From Trichoplax adhaerens (Eukaryota > Animalia > Placozoa): 64,000 nt of DNA. The DNA is taken from the NCBI RefSeq assembly GCF_000150275.1, contig NW_002060957.1:1290445-1354444 (forward strand), written 5' to 3'. Each line of letters begins with the position of its first letter. Position 1 is the first letter of the stretch. Under the pieces are notes generated by a model. It was not told the DNA's origin. It did not search any database and saw only the letters and a list, made by a program, of their open reading frames with translations. Positions 56,500-64,000 of this stretch are shown in pieces. Both the position numbers and the translations under genes were made by a program.

Positions 56500-56945
56500 A
56501 TATCAGTCTAAAGCGGATTAGCTACGCTATTAGCATCTGAATGATCTACATTTTTCGTAACTGGATGATCTATACTATTAGAGTATGAGCGATCTGCATC
56601 TTTCGGAAGCAGGATATCCATGTTGTTAATCTATGAATGATTAGCATCGGTCGGAAGTGAATTATTTAGGCCATTAATATACGAACGAATTACTTATTTC
56701 GAAAGTGGATTATTCATGGAATTGGATGGATTATTTATGCTGTTTAGATAGGAATGATCTGCATCTTTCGGAAGCGGATTATTTATACTGTTAGTGTATA
56801 AATGATCTGTATATTTCGAAAACGGATTATCTTTGCTGTTAGCATATGAGTGATCGACATCTTTCGGAAGCGGATTATCCACGGAATTAGCCAATGAATC
56901 ATACACATTATTTAGATATGGATTATTTGTGCCGTTTAGATAGGA
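56500..56945 (-). repeat. 48-bp coding-type tandem repeat (~8-9 diverged units)
   Basis: Recurring tgatc(t/g)(g/a)catctttcggaagcggattat on the + strand. Confidence 0.8.
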
Positions 56946-57490
56946 AATGTCGACTGGAATCAACTGTAGTGATACAATAATATTCATATTATGTAGGCTA
57001 GCACTTGTAGAGTCTAGTCAAATGCAATGACTTATTTCAGGTATTACTCGGATGATCATTCAGTGCCAATGTCATATTTTCAATTTTTTTTATCTTCCTT
57101 AATAATTTACGTTATGAATGCATGATTTTATGTCTCAGAATTAGCTGCTGGATATAGTTCAGTCCAGGCTTGCAATAGCAGTGATCGCTGCTGATACCTT
57201 GGCTAACAATTCCTGACTTTTACATTGTCTCATCTCACTCAGGCGCATATAATTCGGTTCAGTTTTACATGAGTTGGAGTTGTCGGTGGTTTCCGATCCA
57301 TTGGCTAGAGACTTCTTGCCTTTAGATTCTTTGACCATGTTTAGGTTAATAGAATTTAGTTCAAGGTTATAAGGGTTGATGCCGTTACGGATTACTGATG
57401 CTTTTTCTAAAAATTCCTGGCTTCTAGCTCTCTCACCAATAAGTGTTGTAGTTGATACTGTTGGAAATCTCTCATAAGCTGACAATTTCC
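56694..57490 (-). CDS. 3' exons (~57490-57198 and 56963-56694) of a protein with a Tyr-rich 16-aa repeat tail; 5' part unresolved, possibly decaying
   Basis: Donor AAG|gtatca and acceptor ctacag|TTG in phase 0; repeats NPLPKD(V/A)DHSY(A/L)NS. Confidence 0.45.
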
Positions 57491-60400
57491 TCGTTTTAAA
57501 CGAATTTATGGATAAAGATAATAAACTTAATCATAAATCAACATTTATCATTTTATTATTTATTACAATCATAGGTAAGCATAGTTAATTAAGTTTACTT
57601 TTCTGTCAATTGCAATTTGTATACATAATAAATTTGCAAGAGCAATGAAACATCGTGTCAAGACAAGCGAGCAGAATTTTATAGATACCGATTCTGCTTT
57701 CATAATAAGTTATGAGTCCTTAATTAATTACATGGTTAGGGATGATTTAATCGACTATCTATTACAAATGCATGTATTACCTTGCCACGATTGTATTGCT
57801 ACTGGGTAAAAATTAAATTAAATTTTCGGAAGTCCACAGTAAACTGTGAATTTTATGTTAGAAAATCAGTGCCACGTCAATTACTTCATGGATGACGATA
57901 ATGACTTGGTTAATTTAAGCTTTCTTTTCTACTATGATTACATTCTAAGCAGTATGACATTTTGCAGGGCAAACTATGGTACTATAGCTGAAAAGTTGAG
58001 TACAAAATTGGAATACTTTCTAAACGCAGAAAGCTACAAATCTTAGATTTTGGTATTTAATTTACAAGTTGCAATACCTCAGCCTCTAATGAACTAATGT
58101 AGTGGTTTAAGCGCTGTTCTACGATTTTACTACTAATCTTAATGGCGACACTATCATATCATAGATTCACAGCCTGATATGAAACGGAAGTATATCGTTA
58201 CAAAATCAATGCTCGCGATAAACTTTCTTCGATGACTATGAAATCACTACCGCTATCATCAGACCATTTAGACAATGATAGTATACATAAAATAAAATTT
58301 ATTTAGCAAGGATTCACTTGCTTTGCATTTTTAAATCAATAAATTAATTTCAATGTCTTAATAATTCGATTGATTTTTAAATGTTATTACATTCTCATAT
58401 GAAATAAAATACTTTTACTCCTGACTTTAAGTTTCTTACAACTACAACTCTGGCACGCATACTAACCCATTTACTTAGCAATGGAACAATTTCTGAACAA
58501 AGTGATTCTTGCAATAGTTGTGCATTGACTCTTGCCTATGAAATGGAGTCAATATTCTGCGGTAGTAATGATACTGCGCATCTCATAACTTAAACTACAG
58601 TCATGATTAGTTTTACATTATGACAACCATAACGTCTAAAAATTTCTATTTTTAGAAGTGGATGAGTATAAGCATACCATTTAATATTGGTCATGGCAAT
58701 CCGGCAGCATTGCTACCTAAATTATTCTTGCATTTAAATACGGCAAGTCAATTCTATGGCTATTAAATGTAGCAAATCGTTCAGGATCAAGTATAAACTG
58801 TAGTAAAAAGTGTTTTTTATCGCTTTGATTCGCAATTCTTCAACTAGAAATTTAAGCCATGAAAATTGAGCAAATATATGAGACAAACAGTTGTAGGGCA
58901 ACTCTGCATTCAATCTAAAAAATATCGTTTATCAATAGACCATTGCAATGAACGTGTAATAATTTCTTGTTATTACTTACATAATCCTATATTTGACTAT
59001 CAGATACAGCCTTAACTGGCGAATCCCAGTCTTATACTAGAAACAGTAAAATTGTGCCGTTTATCCTATCAGCCATATACTGTACGACCGCAATTAGCTG
59101 ACATCATTACAACTACCTGTAAGGGAAGAATTCTTATTTCTTTCCTTCATAATAAAGATTAAAAAATAGTTAAAATTAAGTGAACAATCGACTATATCAG
59201 CAATGTGATTCAACTTATTTATAACGCAAGATCAAATATTTTTATATAATGTATTACTCAGGAATTAAGAATTACATTAGTGCATTACTTTAAAACAGAA
59301 CTTGAATTGTGTTTTGTATTACTATCTAGAATTGTACTAGCAACCATGTTGAAAGTTGTTACTGCTCTCAATTAGCATTGAAGATAGGAAATGAAACAAA
59401 TAGTTAAATTTATTGTAAAACTAGCTACGTACTACTATGCTCTTGATTTAACGAAAAATCGTGGCTTACATACGTACGCCGTTCATAATCATAACGTAAT
59501 ATTTACAAGTTGCAACGTAAGTTAGTATTAGATTGTAAACAATTAGCCATGTTTATTATAGCGTACAGTAGTTAAACCTTCCACATTTATCATAAGCTTT
59601 ACTTAGTAACTCATAGCTATAGGCTGTAATTTAAGATTTTACATTAGAATACGAATGACTATATACGCATAGGAAGGTGTGGAGTCAATATTGCCGCTAG
59701 AGGCAAAAATAAATATTTAGCCCGTATAATACGAAATATTTTGTTCATGGCACTTTGGTAGGCAAAAATCATGTTTACATAGACATAGCAGCAATTATCA
59801 AATTGGATTATAAGTGATCCTCTGTAAAATGTTGTTAGTAGTAATAATCTAAATAGTTGCTAAATAAGGCAGAATGTCGCGGTGCGGATTGAGACAGCAA
59901 CCGATACGAAGAGCATATAAACAAGCAGCGTTAGATTGTTGCGTAGTTGAATCTAAAACTTGTTCTAGTAGTTTTACTCGGCTACAATAGAACTGTTAGT
60001 GGATTATCTTTGCATATATATCGAACATACTTTTAATTTTCTACGAATTTTGGAATTTCGTAATTGACTATATTACAAATACATGTCTACATCTTCGTAG
60101 CTTTGACAGCTACTGTTTACAGAAATATAGTCAAAATATACAAATTCAAGAAATCAAACGAAGAAATAGCCTGATATTTATTATCTTTACTGCTTAAGTG
60201 AGACTATTATATCTAGCATTATAATTTAATATGCAGTTGCATTTAGAGATGTTGCACATTACTTCAGTTGCAAGCGGTCATAAGGTACGTCTTGTTTACA
60301 GAATGGAAGGAAAGATATCTCGAAACCACGTTATTCTGTATTCGAGTGATTATATTGACGCATACTAGATTATTACGTTTCTTAAATATCCTCAGAGTAT

Positions 60401-61034
60401 ATTGGAAATGCTGTTTAAGTCCTATAATTTAAATGGAAGTAAGTACTAATAGCTTATGATGTGCAATGTTGATTAATTGATCCAAGGTATTTCGATGTTA
60501 GCATATCTTATCGTGTTAAGTACGAGTAAGTATTTTGAACGTATTAGCGTACACTGGTTGTCTAGCTTTTACATAATATCGAATCACAATTATCGATTTT
60601 TTTAGATATAAGATTAAGTGTTACCAAGCTATTAATCTACTGATGAGTGTAGATCAAATAATAACGATAGCAGTATGTATAGGACATTTGATATGGTTTT
60701 TAATAATACAATATATATAGAATTCATGTATTCTGCAAAATAATTGATTTTGCAAATTGGCGGTAACTTTAAATACAACAATTGCGAAATTAAGATTGTA
60801 TACTAGAAGCTTAATTAATAATTTTGAATCTCGTATTCGTTAATTTACGTAAATTAGAAAAGGATATTGGTATGCAGATTTACAAGGGGCTGTTATAGTG
60901 AATTAATCTAGTAACTTTACTAACATACTGATAATCATTTAAACTTTAATTGCACTACAGTCTTGGTAATCAAACTAAAATACAACCTGAAATAATATAC
61001 AAAACCAAATAAAATTTTTTCAGAATAGAAAATT

Positions 61035-62826
61035 TCAAGTAAGGCATAGAATGCCATCATAAATGGGCTCATACGTAACTGGTTCGGGATGATTTGAAGT
61101 AGAATCTGAATTTCTTTCTATATCTGATGAGATCGAATCAGGTAATGGAGGCAAATCTCTCTCAATCATATGTGATGCAGAACTAGTAACATTTTCATTT
61201 GAGCTCTTTGTATTTCTGTAATTTTTCTTTAAAAATAAGGCAATGAGGATAATAATTAAGAGGATAAGAGTAAGTGAACTGATGTATTGCCATTCTAACG
61301 TTGCTTGAGAAGCATATCTAGGCGTACCAGTAGTAGGACATCGAGATTCAGGTAGAAGAGTACTTTCGTTAGTAGTTAGACCTGCTGATTCAGATGAAAA
61401 AGTAATAAATGTTTAGTGCTGCTATAATTATAGAAATAGCAGGTATAAATACTAATGCTAAAATAAAATTATAATTTATGGCTCATTTAGCTAATGCACG
61501 CCTGTAGATTATCTATAGCATTATTATGCACATTAGTTTCTCTGGCAGTTGCTAGTTAATTGGTTCTGTTTTTAAATAACTGGCGCTTATATACTTTCAC
61601 AAAGAACGCAAAACTTTATCACGATGTTCTCAATGCACTAGGTATATTAGAGCTGTGATCTAAGTTGTAATATTTCACTTTGTGATCTCGTATGCATTTA
61701 TATTTAGAGTTGCAGAATGATTGCCTAAATTTACCTTACAATTATAATAATTTGGTTTTACAATACTATACACATATTCTGTTCACTAATTAATTAATAT
61801 TAGATTTAGTAATCTATTGAGCGCTTTTCAATTAAATTCCTTTATCATTTTTGGATTTTGTTGTGTATTTGTAATAGTTACAGTGTAATATTGTTATTAT
61901 TTAATAGATGTACAATTAGAACTTATATTTGCTAAATTAGATTTATTTTTGCTACGAAGCAGTACAAATAATTTGTACACATTTTTGTACTTTGTAATAT
62001 AACAACTAATTATTTTTACAAATTGATAATAAAAATTTTATGAAAGTCCGTTAATAGCGACGAAATTGTTGTCTTCCTAAAATTTTCCTTGCTATCCTAA
62101 CATGATGAAGAAAGTTTGATAATGCTTCGTATGCATTATACAAATTTCATACCTCCCTCATCGTCTGTATTACTTAGCGTGGCTAAATAAAATTCTTGGA
62201 TTGTTGTATTGTCGCTGGTGATATTAGCTTTAGCACTGTTCGCGTACCAAAAATAGACTGTATTAAATCGAAGTTGCTTGAAGCTTATTCTCATAGTAGT
62301 ACTTTTAACGTGAAACTTTCGTATAGAAGTTCGAAAGAAAATAATTGTCACACATTAGTTAGTATCTTGCCCTATAAAAATATATCCATTTTAACAATGC
62401 CGCAGTGTAATGAATAATAGCATTAACTCTGTATGCATACATCATTTTGAAGAAAAAATTTTAGAAAGTAGGGTTAAAAACATCTAAATTTTATTATATT
62501 AGAAACTAGTAACGATCTATTCAGCAAAACATTAGCTATTTGTACTGTATACATTCTTATTTAATGCTAATTCTAATTCAAAAAATCTTGAAAGTAAGCA
62601 ATGCTGTTGATCTCTGCAAGTTTGCTTTTACCTTTCTAGGTGTCGTTGTTGAATCATTTTCCAAAAGGTAGAAATTGTACCAGTAGCTGATTGTACAAGT
62701 AGCCTGTTTGAAGCAAATAAAATCTACGACTTCCTGATTATATCTAATGATAGTAGTACAATTTTTAAGCGGTTGTGGTTTAACTAGAAGAGTGAATAGC
62801 AAAGATATAGTATTAAAGAGTGTCAT
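61035..62826 (-). CDS. Small type I membrane protein: signal-like N-terminus, FN3-like ectodomain, TM helix, signalling tail. Exons 62826-62632, 62315-62153, 61381-61035 (~234 aa)
   Basis: MTLFNTISLLFTLLV; FN3-like QLRFNTVYFWY; TM ISSLTLILLIIILIALFL followed by KK; tail RDLPPLP and YEPIYD. Phases 0 and 1 are compatible; the exon 2 acceptor (aag) is weak. Confidence 0.55.
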
Positions 62827-64000
62827 TAGTAGTTGGTAACAGCTAATTTGTTTCGGACAAAATTCATGGATATAGCAGTTGTTGGATTGGCGAAAGTGAT
62901 ATTTTTAATATTTGTAGTTCACAGTTTAACCGTAATTGAAAAAAGAATTGATTTTAATAACTTTTAGTGGAATTATGATGAAATATGCGGTAATAGACTA
63001 TGTTAAATTTTTAGCTTTATGTTTTAAATTTACTAAAATATTTTAATAGATTTTAGTGGTATTACTGTAGTGTGTTTAATTTTCACTGTAGTCTTGACAT
63101 ATTATTAAAATATGGATATTTTGTATTATACCAAATATAGATAGCTTTACAGTCTATTTCAAATACAGTACACTCAAACATAGCTCGTTATGTTAAGTTA
63201 TTCGCAGCATTTATGGCCTTCGCTGTTTCCTTCAATTATTCACTATTACTGTGTCTGCTTATGGTAAATTTCATATTTAATTCTACAATCCTGCTCTCTG
63301 CGTGTGTTCTTTCTCTTAATCTATAAATACTGGTGATTTCGGTCTCAAATTTATTAGTTGCATTTGTTAGTGTCTGTATCTGCACACATTACTTCACGAC
63401 AGCTTACAGTACATGACTGATCTACCAATAACTACCACAATGCAGCGTTATTATTTTCTACAATAAATATTCCTTTTTCTAGTAAATACTTCGTGTATTT
63501 ATTGTGAAATGTCTAAAGTTTCCACATCAACAGACTCTTCGAACCCTCCATCACAATTACAGTAATCAATGAACTTATTAACATCTAGGAATCCAAAACT
63601 CTCCTACGTGCGATGAAAATATAAAGGATAATACTATTATATGGTGTAAACTGAGTATGCTTCATTGTATCTAAAAATTGTTGAATCTGTTTAGGTGTAC
63701 TTGTTTCTATATCTGATAAACTGATATTGTGATAATCAATATGGTAATAAATTCATAAAATGCTTAATCTATTTTAAGAGATTTATAGATATTTCACAAA
63801 TCTACTTACATGAAATATTCGAAGACTTGTGACTGCAGCGAATTAGCGATGGTGATTTGGCTTGTTTATGATAATGAAATGAAGTTATGATTGTATAAGT
63901 TATATTAAATCCTAACCATTTTGGCAGTAGTTGTAGCGAGCAATTGGTTTGCCTAGTGATATTGCAAATAAATTTGCTGACTAAAGTAAAGCCTGGAGTG

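Noticed and set aside
63500-63605. Possible minus-strand exon ESFGFLDVNKFIDYCNCDGG...
   Set aside because: Short, with no recognisable family, and cannot be linked to anything within the window.

Overview
AT-rich, intron-rich animal genomic DNA. It is most likely a placozoan (Trichoplax-like), inferred from a precursor for the GKSFELPE 'ELPE' peptide. Left to right: an Elk/Kv12-type KCNH channel (+, 11 exons), ZC3H15 (-) head-to-head with PA2G4/EBP1 (+), a two-exon Uma2/Crinkler-type PD-(D/E)xK nuclease-like gene (+), PAN2 (-, contains a 50-N gap), a neuropeptide precursor (+), a predicted NB-ARC + ZU5/UPA + death-domain protein (+), and on the - strand a small FN3-like single-pass receptor plus a tyrosine (YxN)-repeat tail that may be decaying. 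The most striking structure is the 126/127-bp tandem repeat at 38.6-39.7 kb. It is an array of nine 33-nt phase-0 microexons with their introns, and each mature neuropeptide copy is assembled across a splice junction. All exon models were built by eye from GT-AG/GC-AG signals and reading-frame continuity; no database searches were run.
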